This document shows, piece by piece, positions 53,760-64,000 of a stretch of DNA of 64,000 nt; the stretch's first letter is position 1; every line of letters begins with the position of its first letter. The stretch comes from Gammaproteobacteria bacterium. GTDB taxonomy: Bacteria > Pseudomonadota > Gammaproteobacteria > DSM-16500. The position numbers were made by a program, and so were the translations under genes. Location: the NCBI GenBank assembly GCA_021324305.1, contig JAJPJI010000029.1, positions 9,170-73,169 on the forward strand, read 5' to 3'. The notes beneath the pieces were generated by a model, which saw only the letters and a list, made by a program, of their open reading frames with translations, was not told the origin of the DNA and did no database searches.

Positions 53760-56420
53760 CTAAACAGTTACAGGATTCGGTTTCTTGGGGTCAATACCAT
53801 ATTTCTTCATTGCGGCAGTAACCTGACTTGCGGGTAATTCACCATCTTTCACCAAGGCATAGATTGCAGCAACAGCGATATAATAACGATCGACTTCAAA
53901 GAACCGGCGTAACTTTTCCCGAGTATCACTACGCCCAAACCCATCCGTACCTAATGTAACATAGGTTCGCTGAAGATAGGGCCTGATTAATTCCGCATAA
54001 GCACGCACATAATCCGTTGCAGCAATAACCGGACCTTTATGATCTTTCAGATTGCGTTCCACATATGATAAAGCCGGTTTTTTATCTGCTGACAGCATGT
54101 TAGCACGTTCAACTTCGACACCGTCACGGTGTAATTCGCCGAAACTGGTTACACTCCAGACATCGGCGCCAATTTCAAAGTCTTTCCTGAGTAATTCAGC
54201 TGCAGCAATGACTTCATTCAGAATCGTGCCGCTGCCAAACAACTGGACCTTGTGCTTGGCCTTCCCAGCATCACTGAATAAATACATGCCCTTAATGATA
54301 CCTTCTTCCACACCCTTGGGCATAGCTGGCTGCGTGTAACGTTCATTCATGGCCATGACGTAATAAAAGACATCTTTCTCTTCAGCATACATTTCCTGCA
54401 TACCATGCTGAATGATGACCGCCATCTCGTAGCCGAATGCCGGATCATAAGCACGACAGTTAGGCACAGTAGAGGCTGATAACAGGCTTGTCCCATCCTG
54501 ATGCTGCAATCCTTCTCCCTCCAATGTCGTCCGGCCAGCGGTAGCGCCGATCAAAAAGCCGCGTGCGCGCATATCACCAGCAGCCCAGATCAAATCACCG
54601 ACACGCTGGAACCCAAACATGGAGTAATAAGTAAAAAATGGCACCATGGGGAACCGATTCGTAGCATAGGATGTTGCCGCAGCAATCTACGAACTCATGC
54701 ATCCGGCTTCAGTGATACCTTCCTCCAGCACCTGACCATTTTTGGCTTCATGATAATAAAGAAACTGCTCCTTATCTTCTGGCGTATAAAGCTGTCCCAC
54801 CGGAGAATAAATGCCAACCTGACGGAATAATGCTTCCAGACCAAATGTGCGTACTTCATCAGAGAAAATCGGGACGAGGCGCGGACCAACTGTCTTATCC
54901 TTGAGTAAAACATTAAGTATTCGCCCTAATACCATGGTTGTAGACATGGTTCTGTCCGCCGATCCCTGCAGTATGGCATCAAACGCTGACAACGCGGGAA
55001 CAGCCAATGGCTGCGAAACAACCTGGCGTGCAGGAAGATAGCCGCCCAGCTTTTCGCGTTGCCCATGGAGATACTGCATCTCCGCACTGTCATTTTTGGG
55101 CTTGATGAAACTGAGGCTGGTGAGTTCTTTATCGGTCAGCGGCAATTTGAAACGGTCACGAAATACTTTCAATTCCTCTTCACTCATATCCAGAGAGTTA
55201 TGAGCGATATTTCTGCCTTCGGCTGTAGTGGTTCCGAGTCCGAACCCTTTCACGCCTTGAGTCAGGATGACTGTCGGCTTGTCTTTATGCTGTATAGCAG
55301 CTGCATAAGCAGCATATATCTTTACTGGATCATGTGCACCGCGATGTAATCTGCCGAGATCTTCATCTGACAAATCCGCAACCAGGGCTTTTAATTCGTC
55401 TGTATTGAATAAAAATTCCCGTGTGTATGCACCGCCGCGCACATAAGCGGTTTGCAAATCGCCGTCGACGCATTCAGTCAAACGCTTCAACAAAGCGCCT
55501 GATTTATCTTTTGCGAACAGGTTATCCCAACGACTATCCCATAGTACCTTGATAACATTCCATCCAGCACCGCGGAAAATCCCTTCCAGCTCCTGAACAA
55601 TTTTTCCATTGCCGCGAACCAGCCCATCAAGACGCTGCAGATTGCAATTCACCACATAAATAAGGTTATTGAGATTTTCACGGCCCGCCAATGCCAGGCC
55701 TGCTATGGATTCAGGCTCATCCATTTCACCATCGCCGCAAAATACCCAAACCCGGCGGTCGCCGGCAGGCAGCAATCCACGATTATCCAGATATTTCAAA
55801 AATCTTGCCTGATAAACACCCTGTAATAATCCTAATCCCAACGAGACTGTCGCAAACTGCCAGAACTTTGGCATCAGCCAAGGATGCGGATAGGATGATA
55901 ATCCCTCGTCATCCACTTCCTGGCGAAAATTGGTTAAATGTTTTTCAGTCAGACGTCCTTCAAGGTACGCTCGGGCATAATTGCCTTCTGAAGAATGCCC
56001 CTGGAAATAGACCAGGTCTCCTGGGTTGTCCTTCGTCGCACCCCTGAAGAAATGGTTCATGCCCACTTCATAGAGTGTTGCAATCGAAGCAAATGAAGAC
56101 AAATGCCCGCCGATACCACCTGCCCCATTTTTCGCTTTTATGACCATGGCAATCGCATTCCAGCGTATCAATGCTTCAATCGCTGCTTCGAGTTCAAGGT
56201 TGCCCGGATAGGCAGGCTGGTTGTCCGGAGTAATGGTATTAACATACGGTGTGATTAACTGCGAGATACCGCTTTCCACACCCTGTTTTTGGGCTTCTTC
56301 AAGTAATTTTTGCAATACAAACTGAGCACGCTCTTTTCCTTCGTATTTAACAAGGGAAGCAAGTGCATCTAGCCACTCTTTCGTTTCGATAGGATCGTTA
56401 TCGCTCCACGCTTTCGACAT
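53760..56420 (-). pseudogene. aceE: Pyruvate dehydrogenase E1 with an in-frame TAG as sequenced
   Basis: The two track ORFs are in the same frame. TAG at 54689-54687 replaces the conserved Trp of AGCMSS-W-IAAATSY; joined length 886 codons. Confidence 0.85.
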
Positions 56421-56648
56421 TACTTTTTTCCTATTAGTCTAATTTGTGGCTAAGTTTACTCGAAACTGGTTAAAATCCAAAGCCTAGCCCGGCACTCGCA
56501 CGGGAATTGCTTCTATTTCATCCATAAAACCTTTATATATTGTAACTCATCTCAGGAGCCTGATGCTGGACTCCCGCCAGAATTGGCTCGCGATTTATAC
56601 AATTTTTTTATAATTATTATATACATATTTATTTTTATGACTGCCGGC

Positions 56649-56760
56649 GCTAACAGCATACGCTTAAGCCGCATGACTTTAGCTCCAGACCCCTACAGGC
56701 TGCCCGATTTTCATAACGACTGTAACAGACACCATTCAGCAATGACGCTTCGACTGATTT
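56649..56760. repeat. Dispersed intergenic element, copy C (partial)
   Basis: attcagcaatgacg (56734-56747) is identical to 22709-22722; 56649-56663 matches 22622-22636 at 13/15; block spacing is 85 versus 87 nt. Confidence 0.5.
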
Positions 56761-56824
56761 ATGTAACAATAATCTATCAGCCCCAGATTCATCGCTATTC
56801 TCAAGGAATGAGGAAGAAAACTGC

Positions 56825-57844
56825 ATGGCAAACAAAACGATTTCTTTTGCCGGTACTGAAATCGAACCTGGAACATCTCAAACGATCAGACTTCCGGCAC
56901 CCAATATCAATACACAGGTACAATTTGAAATTCCCATCCATGTTTTTCATGGTAAAAAAACGGGCCCAAAATTATTCATCGTCGGCACCATACACGGTGA
57001 TGAATTAAACAGTATAGAAATTATCCGCAGAGTCCATCAGCACATCAGCGTGAAAAAACTATCCGGCACAATCATCACGGTACCTGTGGTCAATGTTTAT
57101 GGACTTATATTGCAATCTCGCTACATGCCCGACAGGCGTGACCTGAACCGGTCATTTCCTGGATCAAAAAAAGGTTCGCTGGCAGCGCAATTAGCTCATG
57201 GATTAATCAAGCAGGTGGTTTCACAATGCGATTATGGTATTGACTTGCATACGGGGGCTATCGGAAGACTAAACATGCCGCAATTACGCGTCAACCTTTC
57301 AACACCAGGCACCAGGGAAATGGCGCAGGCATTCAACACACCAGTCATATTAAACGCCAAACTACGTGACGGCTCACTACGTCAGGCTGCCAGTGAATTG
57401 GGTATTCCCTTGCTTGTTTATGAAGGCGGGGAGGCTTTACGATATAACGAAATTTGTATTCGGGCAGGCGTACATGGCATTCTGAATGTCATGTCGCATC
57501 TGAAAATGATTCAGACAAGAAAAAAACGCTCGCACAATCATAAACCCGTCATCTCGCAATCCAGCCAATGGGTACGCGCACCCGTCAGCGGTCTCGTTCA
57601 GCCATCGAGTGATGTCATAGCAAAACCGGTTAAAAAAGGCGACCTGCTGGCGCATATTCATGATCCGTTTCTCATGAACAAATCAACGGAAGTAGTCGCG
57701 CCATTCGCCGGAATTGTGATTGGCCAGGCTTTAAAACCATTAGCAAGCCAGGGGGATGCCTTGTATCACATTGCCAGCTTTGAAAAGCTGGCGGGTGTTA
57801 GCGCATTCATCGAAGAGTACAGGGAAGAAATCATGTTCCGATAA
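56825..57844 (+). CDS. Succinylglutamate desuccinylase/aspartoacylase family (M14-like) protein
   Basis: HGDE, DLNRSFPG, DLHTG, YEGG motifs. Confidence 0.92.
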   Translation: MANKTISFAGTEIEPGTSQTIRLPAPNINTQVQFEIPIHVFHGKKTGPKLFIVGTIHGDELNSIEIIRRVHQHISVKKLSGTIITVPVVNVYGLILQSRYMPDRRDLNRSFPGSKKGSLAAQLAHGLIKQVVSQCDYGIDLHTGAIGRLNMPQLRVNLSTPGTREMAQAFNTPVILNAKLRDGSLRQAASELGIPLLVYEGGEALRYNEICIRAGVHGILNVMSHLKMIQTRKKRSHNHKPVISQSSQWVRAPVSGLVQPSSDVIAKPVKKGDLLAHIHDPFLMNKSTEVVAPFAGIVIGQALKPLASQGDALYHIASFEKLAGVSAFIEEYREEIMFR

Positions 57845-57895
57845 GATACTTCCGCACCAGATTAAACCCTGAGGGTTTTTCAGCGGAAAAATGGT

Positions 57896-58252
57896 TCAGA
57901 CAATCTTCCATTCGTTATTAAACTTGCAGAATTTATAAGTTGCCTTGGCATTTATCAGATTGGCGGAGTTAAACATTTTAACCTTACGGCAACTGATACC
58001 ATGAAAAGTGGTCGTATTCGTTGGCACAAAGTAACCATGACTTCCTGTACGTGAATTATTCCAGGCAATTTTTGTGCCATCCCTGCCATGCTCAAGCGCG
58101 TCTTTCTCTGCGATCTTGAATAAATGTATGTCTTCTTTTGTAAAATAACTCATTGCCGAGTTGCTGAAAAAACTCCAATGAGCGGCAAATCCTGTTAATG
58201 ATATTGAACCCAGCCAGATACCTGTCACTAACATTCTTATTAAATTTTTCAT
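57896..58252 (-). CDS. RT0821/Lpp0805-like exported surface protein
   Basis: Signal peptide, WNNSRTGSHG...CR...FCK pattern of 17-kDa-antigen-like domains; likely start 58252. Confidence 0.7.
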   Translation of the reverse strand: MKNLIRMLVTGIWLGSISLTGFAAHWSFFSNSAMSYFTKEDIHLFKIAEKDALEHGRDGTKIAWNNSRTGSHGYFVPTNTTTFHGISCRKVKMFNSANLINAKATYKFCKFNNEWKIV

Positions 58253-58538
58253 GATTGCATTCCTTCGCAAAACATTGATTGGCAAGCCATCTGAAATCAC
58301 ATCTTATCACAAGAAATTAGCATATCGATAAAAATTGCGCCAGCTTGTGCTGTTAATCCGCAATCATGCAATCCGGATTCAGAGAGAAGCTGACATACAG
58401 GGCATCGCATTGGTTTGCCTGATTGAAACTGATCAGGAATGATAACAATAATATTCTAGGTAATCTCCTCAGGCACAAGGTAAGATAGTTAGCACAATGG
58501 ATTTACTGCTGCACGACTAAGGAATATGAGTCCCAATA

Positions 58539-59063
58539 ATGACTACCCCTGATCCGCATAAAAAACCTCTCAATCAAGTTCTGGTTCATGAGACACGACG
58601 CTTTATCTATTACACAATATTTCTCACCCTGCTATTTACAACATTCAATATCTATGAACGAGTATTGCTTGGAGAATTCAGCAGCCGGGAAATGCCTTAT
58701 GGATATAGTATTATTGAAGCATTGATACTGGCCAAGATTATTATCATTGGGCAGCAAATGAGACTGGGCCAACGATTTTCAACGAAGCCGTTAATCATTC
58801 CTGTTCTCCACAAGACAATACTTTTTTGCCTGCTGACACTATTTCTGTCATTTTGCGAACATATTGTCAGAGGTGTAATGCACGGAAAATACATAAACGA
58901 TATTGTCCAGGAATTGATTTCAACACGTTTAAACATCGCCATCGCGAGAACCATCATCATGTTTTATGTTTTCATCTTCTTTTTCGCGGTACTCGAAACC
59001 TCGCAAGCCCTGGGCGACCATAAATTATTTAATCTGTTTTTCAAGCACAGACATCATTTCTGA
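58539..59063 (+). CDS. Hypothetical inner membrane protein
   Basis: 174-aa ORF with about four hydrophobic segments. Confidence 0.75.
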   Translation: MTTPDPHKKPLNQVLVHETRRFIYYTIFLTLLFTTFNIYERVLLGEFSSREMPYGYSIIEALILAKIIIIGQQMRLGQRFSTKPLIIPVLHKTILFCLLTLFLSFCEHIVRGVMHGKYINDIVQELISTRLNIAIARTIIMFYVFIFFFAVLETSQALGDHKLFNLFFKHRHHF

Positions 59064-59208
59064 TTCATCACTTATTTATATTTCGAACAATCCCTGACCG
59101 GAAGTTGTTTATTTCAACAGGGAAATCCTGCTAACAGATATGATAAAATGCCGGTTTATCTATTCTACAACCCTTTCTTCAAGGGTATATGCATTAAGGA
59201 GTGTGATT

Positions 59209-60768
59209 ATGAAAAGGAAGACATATTCACTGGCATTATCATCGATTGCTATTTCAGTTTTAGCACTGAATACCGTTGCAGCAGAAAAACATCCGGAAAA
59301 GATAACCGCCTCTACCAAACCGCATGTAAATGCCGTGGAGGCAGCCAAACCTCATTCCGTGCCAGCTGAAGCAACCAGACCAACCAAACTTGCCTCAGCA
59401 ATCCCAAAAAAGCTGGTAAAAATTGCTGAAAAAATCAGCCATCCTGTCAAAATTACTGAGGCAGAAGCCTTAAAACTGGGTACCGAAGCATACATTTATG
59501 GCTATCCACTGATTACCATGGACTTGACCAGGCAAATCATGACCAATGTTGTCACCCCTGACGCCGGCCGCGCGCCGATGGGTCAATTCAGCAGCATAAG
59601 ACAATACCCTGACGCCGCTTCCCGTAATGTCAGCGCACCGAATACCGACACATTATATTCTGTCGCCTGGATAGATGTTTCCAAAGAACCGTACGTCATA
59701 CATACCCCTGATGAAAACGGGCGTTATTATTCCATGCCCATGCTGAGTGCCTGGACTGATGTATTCGAAGTTCCGGGAACACGCACAACAGGAGCAAAAG
59801 CACATGACTACGCCATTGTTGGCCCAAACTGGAAAGGAACCCTGCCGCAAGGTCTGACGCAAATAAAATCTCCCACCAGTATGGTATGGATACTGGAACG
59901 AATCTATTGCGCCGGGACACAGGATGATTACGCAGCCGTTAGAAAACTCCAGGATGAACATACCATCATGCCTCTCAGTTATTATGGCAAGCCTTACACA
60001 CCGCCAGCCAATGTCGTCAATCCCGGCATTGACATGAATACACCAGTCCGTGACCAGGTAAATGCCCTCGACGCTGGTACTTATTTCAAACGTCTGGCTG
60101 CTCTCATGAAAGACAACCCGCCATCAAAAGCGGATGCCCCCATGGTAGCCAAACTAGCCAGACTGGGAATCTTGCCCGGCCGGGATTTTGATCTGACCAA
60201 GATGGATCCCGCCGAAGTAAATGGCCTGAAAGCAGCTGTCAAAAAAGCCCAGGAACAAATCCTGGCGCAAGTAAAAAACGCGGGTGAAGTCAAGAATGGC
60301 TGGACATACACGACAAATACCGGACTTTATGGCACGAATTACCTGCAGCGGGCGTTTATTGCCGCCATTGGTTTGGGTGCCAACCGGCCCCAGGATGCAA
60401 TTTATCCTACAGCATTGGAAGACAGCGCTGGCAAAAAATTAAATGGCGCCAATAAATACATCATTCATTTTGCCAAAAATGAGCTACCGCCCGTCAGAGG
60501 CTTCTGGTCGCTCACCATGTATGACAACAAATACTTTTTTGTTGAAAATCCAATCAAACGCTACTCTCTGAATGAGCGCAGTCATCTCAAACAAAACAAG
60601 GATGGCTCTGTAGATATTTACATCCAGAATACTCCACCGGATAAAGACAAGGAATCCAACTGGTTGCCTGCTCCTGACGGCGATTTTATTCTGATGTTCC
60701 GGTTTTATTGGCCTAAAGAAGCGCTTATTGATGGCAAATGGAATCCGCCTGCAGTAAAGAAAGTCTAA
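59209..60768 (+). CDS. DUF1254/DUF1214 domain exported protein
   Basis: Signal peptide, AYIYGYPL, PNTDTLYS, GFWSLTMY, FILMFRFYWP; likely start 59209. Confidence 0.9.
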   Translation: MKRKTYSLALSSIAISVLALNTVAAEKHPEKITASTKPHVNAVEAAKPHSVPAEATRPTKLASAIPKKLVKIAEKISHPVKITEAEALKLGTEAYIYGYPLITMDLTRQIMTNVVTPDAGRAPMGQFSSIRQYPDAASRNVSAPNTDTLYSVAWIDVSKEPYVIHTPDENGRYYSMPMLSAWTDVFEVPGTRTTGAKAHDYAIVGPNWKGTLPQGLTQIKSPTSMVWILERIYCAGTQDDYAAVRKLQDEHTIMPLSYYGKPYTPPANVVNPGIDMNTPVRDQVNALDAGTYFKRLAALMKDNPPSKADAPMVAKLARLGILPGRDFDLTKMDPAEVNGLKAAVKKAQEQILAQVKNAGEVKNGWTYTTNTGLYGTNYLQRAFIAAIGLGANRPQDAIYPTALEDSAGKKLNGANKYIIHFAKNELPPVRGFWSLTMYDNKYFFVENPIKRYSLNERSHLKQNKDGSVDIYIQNTPPDKDKESNWLPAPDGDFILMFRFYWPKEALIDGKWNPPAVKKV

Positions 60769-60778
60769 ATCTTCCGCA

Positions 60779-60812
60779 CCTCGCCTGCTCCCGTCTGCGG
60801 GAACAGGTGAGG
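60779..60812. terminator. Long hairpin between convergent DUF1254 gene and minE
   Basis: cctcgcctg/caggtgagg plus tcccg/cggga stems; REP-like or terminator. Confidence 0.5.
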
Positions 60813-60831
60813 ATAAGGGATACCCGGGCTT

Positions 60832-61113
60832 CTATGATTTTTCTTGTGCCGAAGGGAGAACAATATTCAATTCCAGAATGGAACATCCGTCCTGACGTTC
60901 CAGCTCGATCTTCACATCATCCCTTTTGATTTTTACATATTTTGCGATCACATCAAGCAAGTCTTTTTGCAGAGAAGGCAGATAATCAGGGTTGCCGCGC
61001 TCATCACGCTCATGCGCGATAATGATTTGCAAACGCTCTTTCGCGCATTGCGCAGTCGCTTCCGGACGGCGGAAATAATTTAGAATTTTATTGAGCTGGT
61101 CCTGAATAATCAT
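60832..61113 (-). CDS. minE: Cell division topological specificity factor MinE
   Basis: [33 protein letters not shown]. Confidence 0.96.
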   Translation of the reverse strand: MIIQDQLNKILNYFRRPEATAQCAKERLQIIIAHERDERGNPDYLPSLQKDLLDVIAKYVKIKRDDVKIELERQDGCSILELNIVLPSAQEKS

Positions 61114-61934
61114 ACCGCCTCCTTTTCCTTGAAGCTGAATAGTCGTTTAAACCAGGGTGTTTTTTCACTGATAAAGCGATGCGGCACTTCTTCGCCAAGA
61201 AAACGTGCGACAGCGTCATGATATGCCTGCCCTGCATCACTCTCCTTGTCCAGCAACACCGGCACGCCTGAATTCGACGCACGCAGAACAGCTTGTGATT
61301 CCGGAATGACTGCTAAAAGGGGAATCGATAAAATATCATTGACATCTGACAGGCTGAGCATGTCTCCATTGGCAACACGCTTTGGAGAGTATCGAGTTAA
61401 TAATAAATGTTCGCTGACAGGTTCACGTCCTTCCTTGGCGCGCAGTGTTTTACTTGCCAGTAACCCGAGTATTCGGTCAGAGTCGCGCACCGAAGAAACT
61501 TCCGGATTCGTCACAATAATCGCGCTATCAGCGAAATACATGGCAAGCTGCGCGCCGCGCTCAATGCCTGCAGGCGAATCACAAATAATATAATCAAACG
61601 TTTTGCTTAATTCCTTCAATACCGCTTCCACACCTTCTGATGTCAGCGCATCCTTGTCACGCGTTTGAGATGCGGCAAGTATATAGAGGTCCTTGACGTG
61701 TTTGTCGCGTATCAGGGCTTGTTGCAAACTGGCTTCGCCTCTGATCACGTTAACAAAATCGTAAACAACCCGGCGTTCACACCCCATGATCAGATCGAGA
61801 TTCCGCAGTCCGATATCAAAATCAATCACTACTGTTTTGAATCCACGCGTTGCTAACCCAACTGCAAAAGATGCACTGGTGGTTGTCTTGCCAACTCCGC
61901 CTTTGCCAGATGTAATGACGATAATTTTTGTCAC
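61110..61934 (-). CDS. minD: Septum site-determining ATPase MinD
   Basis: [40 protein letters not shown]. Confidence 0.98.
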   Translation of the reverse strand: MTKIIVITSGKGGVGKTTTSASFAVGLATRGFKTVVIDFDIGLRNLDLIMGCERRVVYDFVNVIRGEASLQQALIRDKHVKDLYILAASQTRDKDALTSEGVEAVLKELSKTFDYIICDSPAGIERGAQLAMYFADSAIIVTNPEVSSVRDSDRILGLLASKTLRAKEGREPVSEHLLLTRYSPKRVANGDMLSLSDVNDILSIPLLAVIPESQAVLRASNSGVPVLLDKESDAGQAYHDAVARFLGEEVPHRFISEKTPWFKRLFSFKEKEAV

Positions 61935-61983
61935 ATTCGTTTCCTCTTTAAAATGGGAGCATTCTTTGAATACTCTCCAAAAT

Positions 61984-62691
61984 TCACAACATCTCTATCT
62001 GCAATTCATCATTCTTTAAAAAAATCTGTATCATGCCATTCTGTTCACGCATAGCGGGAAATTCATCTCGCGTCAAATAATATCCGGCAACGGCAACCAG
62101 CTCGGCTTCCAGTGACCGGCAGAATATCCTTGCTTCCTTGTTGCCATGTATTCCCGCCAATGCTCTGCCGCGCAGACAGCCATAAACATGAATATTGCCG
62201 TGAGCCATCAGTTCAGCGCCAGGGCTTACCTGGGCAGCAACAATCAAATCGGTTTCTTTCGCGTATATCTGCATGCCGGAGCGTATCGGATGCGTGATTA
62301 ATTTCGTAACAGACACTTGCTGAGCGACTTTGGTTTTTGCATTCTCACTGACCATTGATTTTCCTATGTTTGTCAGTGGCAGCCCCGCGGACATCGCGTC
62401 TTCCTGCTGTTCTGCGGTTCCGCCTCTGATCCCCACCGGCGTCATGCCATGAGCAAGGAACAACTGTTTCAGGACTTCAAAATTCACCCGCTCCGACGCT
62501 TTTAGCTTTTCCATGTCAATAACAACCATGGACCCGGTAAATAAATTTGGTGTCTTGTGTATGGTCTCCGCAAGCTGAAGTTTTAATTCACCAATGTCAT
62601 AGCGAAACAATTCAAAAATAATACAGGGAGAAAAACTCGCCTTGAATTGAAAGCACATTTGTGTGGTTGATAATTTACTCGATGATGACAT
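61984..62691 (-). CDS. minC: Septum site-determining protein MinC
   Basis: PIRSGMQIYA, GAELMAHGNIHVYG.LRGRALAG, LEAELVAVAG. Confidence 0.96.
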   Translation of the reverse strand: MSSSSKLSTTQMCFQFKASFSPCIIFELFRYDIGELKLQLAETIHKTPNLFTGSMVVIDMEKLKASERVNFEVLKQLFLAHGMTPVGIRGGTAEQQEDAMSAGLPLTNIGKSMVSENAKTKVAQQVSVTKLITHPIRSGMQIYAKETDLIVAAQVSPGAELMAHGNIHVYGCLRGRALAGIHGNKEARIFCRSLEAELVAVAGYYLTRDEFPAMREQNGMIQIFLKNDELQIEML

Positions 62692-62840
62692 AAGACGTTT
62701 AGTGATCGCATCCTTTCATAAATTTCATAAAACAGAATATTTCTGAAAATTGTTGCAGTATCCATGAAACGGGCGGCTAAATCAATTGATAAAATAGCCG
62801 CCCGGGACAGTCATGCACGGCGGACTTGCATGACGGCATA

Positions 62841-63740
62841 TTACCGCTTGCGCACAGCTTCAATCATCTGGCACATCTGCTCCGCGCCTTCGAGCAGGCG
62901 GGGGCTCGCACGCTCAATCAAATCGGGATTAATGGAAAATAAGTAATTATTTCTGACAGCAGGGATACTTCTCCATTGCAGCCAGCGCGCTTTCCAGTTT
63001 GCATCCTCTGCGTCACTGATGATCACTTGAGGGCTTGCTGTCACCACTGCTTCCCAGCTGACTTCCGCCGCAGGCAGCCTGGCTTCCGCAAATACGTTCA
63101 TGCCTCCGCAAAGCCGGATTACCTGATTGATCCAGCTGCTTTTATTGACAGTAAAAAGTGAATAAGACCCAATTTGATAAAATACCTTGATTTGCTGTTT
63201 GTCCCGGTATTTGATTGTCAGCCTTTCCAGCTGCCGCGAAAAATATTCTGCCTCGCGATGAGAAATCGCACGGTTGCCCGTAAGACAACCAAGATTGTTC
63301 ATCGTTCTTGGTATATCGTCAAGCTGTTCTGGCTCACTGACATAGACTGGAATAGCAAACTTCCTGAGCGCCTCAATCTGGCGTGAAAAAGTGTTGCCCC
63401 ATGTCACCACCAGATCAGGATGAAGAGAGATTATTTTCTCAAGGTCAATACCAGTATATGACCCGACCGGAGTAATGTGTCTTGCCTCCTGCGGATAATC
63501 ACTTCCCTGGATCACACCGGCAACCTGCTTGCCGGCACCGACCTTGAACAAGATCTCGGTAATATCCGGAGCAAGACTGATAATTCGTTGTGCCGGATTT
63601 TGTAAATGAATGAAAGCACCCTTGTCATCGACAACCCGGCAATCAGCGTGGGCGCCTGAAATCAGCATCGCATATAAAATTGATCCGGCGGACACCCTTC
63701 CCAAAAAACAGGCTGTTAAGCCGCTCAGGATCTTTTTCAA
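62841..63740 (-). CDS. btuF: Cobalamin-binding periplasmic protein BtuF-like
   Basis: QRIISLAPDITE, DLEKIISLHPDLV, SWEAVV...PQVI, RASPR. Confidence 0.8.
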   Translation of the reverse strand: MKKILSGLTACFLGRVSAGSILYAMLISGAHADCRVVDDKGAFIHLQNPAQRIISLAPDITEILFKVGAGKQVAGVIQGSDYPQEARHITPVGSYTGIDLEKIISLHPDLVVTWGNTFSRQIEALRKFAIPVYVSEPEQLDDIPRTMNNLGCLTGNRAISHREAEYFSRQLERLTIKYRDKQQIKVFYQIGSYSLFTVNKSSWINQVIRLCGGMNVFAEARLPAAEVSWEAVVTASPQVIISDAEDANWKARWLQWRSIPAVRNNYLFSINPDLIERASPRLLEGAEQMCQMIEAVRKR

Positions 63741-64000
63741 ATCAGCAGCACAACAATCGCAATAATGACCAGCGTAATGACAAACGCACGATCCAGTAAT
63801 CCCACGGCGCTTCGCTCCACTGAACCATCTTCGCGTACATGTTCGCTGTCATCACTGCCAAGCGCGGCAGCTCCGCAATCAGTCAGCAATTTTTCATTCA
63901 CGTCCAGTGTAAACACCGCTTTTTTACGCCAGCAGGAAACAACCTTCACGAAATGCCCCCCCAGGGCAAACATCCAGGTAAAAAGACGAATCGGGATCCA
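63737..64000 (-). CDS. AmpE/CobD-like membrane protein, C-terminal part (5' end outside window)
   Basis: Frame is open from the window edge: WIPIRLFTWMFALGGHF...LLDRAFVITLVIIA. Confidence 0.6.
   Translation of the reverse strand, partial: WIPIRLFTWMFALGGHFVKVVSCWRKKAVFTLDVNEKLLTDCGAAALGSDDSEHVREDGSVERSAVGLLDRAFVITLVIIAIVVLLI

Noticed and set aside
56583-57008. 141-aa ORF upstream of the deacylase
   Set aside because: TTG start in an AT-rich tract, overlaps the real gene out of frame, and has no motif.

Overview
64 kb of core chromosome from a gammaproteobacterium. Gene content and effector-like cargo suggest Legionellales/Coxiellaceae (Aquicella-like); this placement is inference. Conserved blocks, mostly on the minus strand: rpsB-tsf-pyrH-frr-uppS-cdsA-bamA-skp-lpxD-fabZ-lpxA-lpxB (dxr, rseP and rnhB absent from their usual places), map-sodB, clpB-usp-cbpA-cbpM, aspS-yebC-ruvC-ruvAB-ybgC-tolQRA-tolB-pal-cpoB-queE-tRNA-Lys, prfB-lysS, aceEF-lpdA, minCDE and btuF/ampE. 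Single accessory genes are spliced into these blocks, many encoding host-directed enzyme folds: a HAD-like protein, a calpain-like C2 protease, a PTP-like phytase, a permuted papain-like protein, an ExoU/VpdC-like patatin and a YopT-like C58 protease. A catalytically degenerate GGDEF-EAL protein sits inside the tol-pal operon. Two normally conserved Trp codons read as stops: a second, in-frame UGA in prfB beyond its +1 frameshift, and a UAG in aceE. A diverged intergenic repeat occurs in three copies (about 22.6, 44.6 and 56.7 kb), and one copy carries a multi-stem structure. A palindrome cluster lies in frame at the 5' end of tolA. No transposase, integrase, rRNA or CRISPR array was seen.
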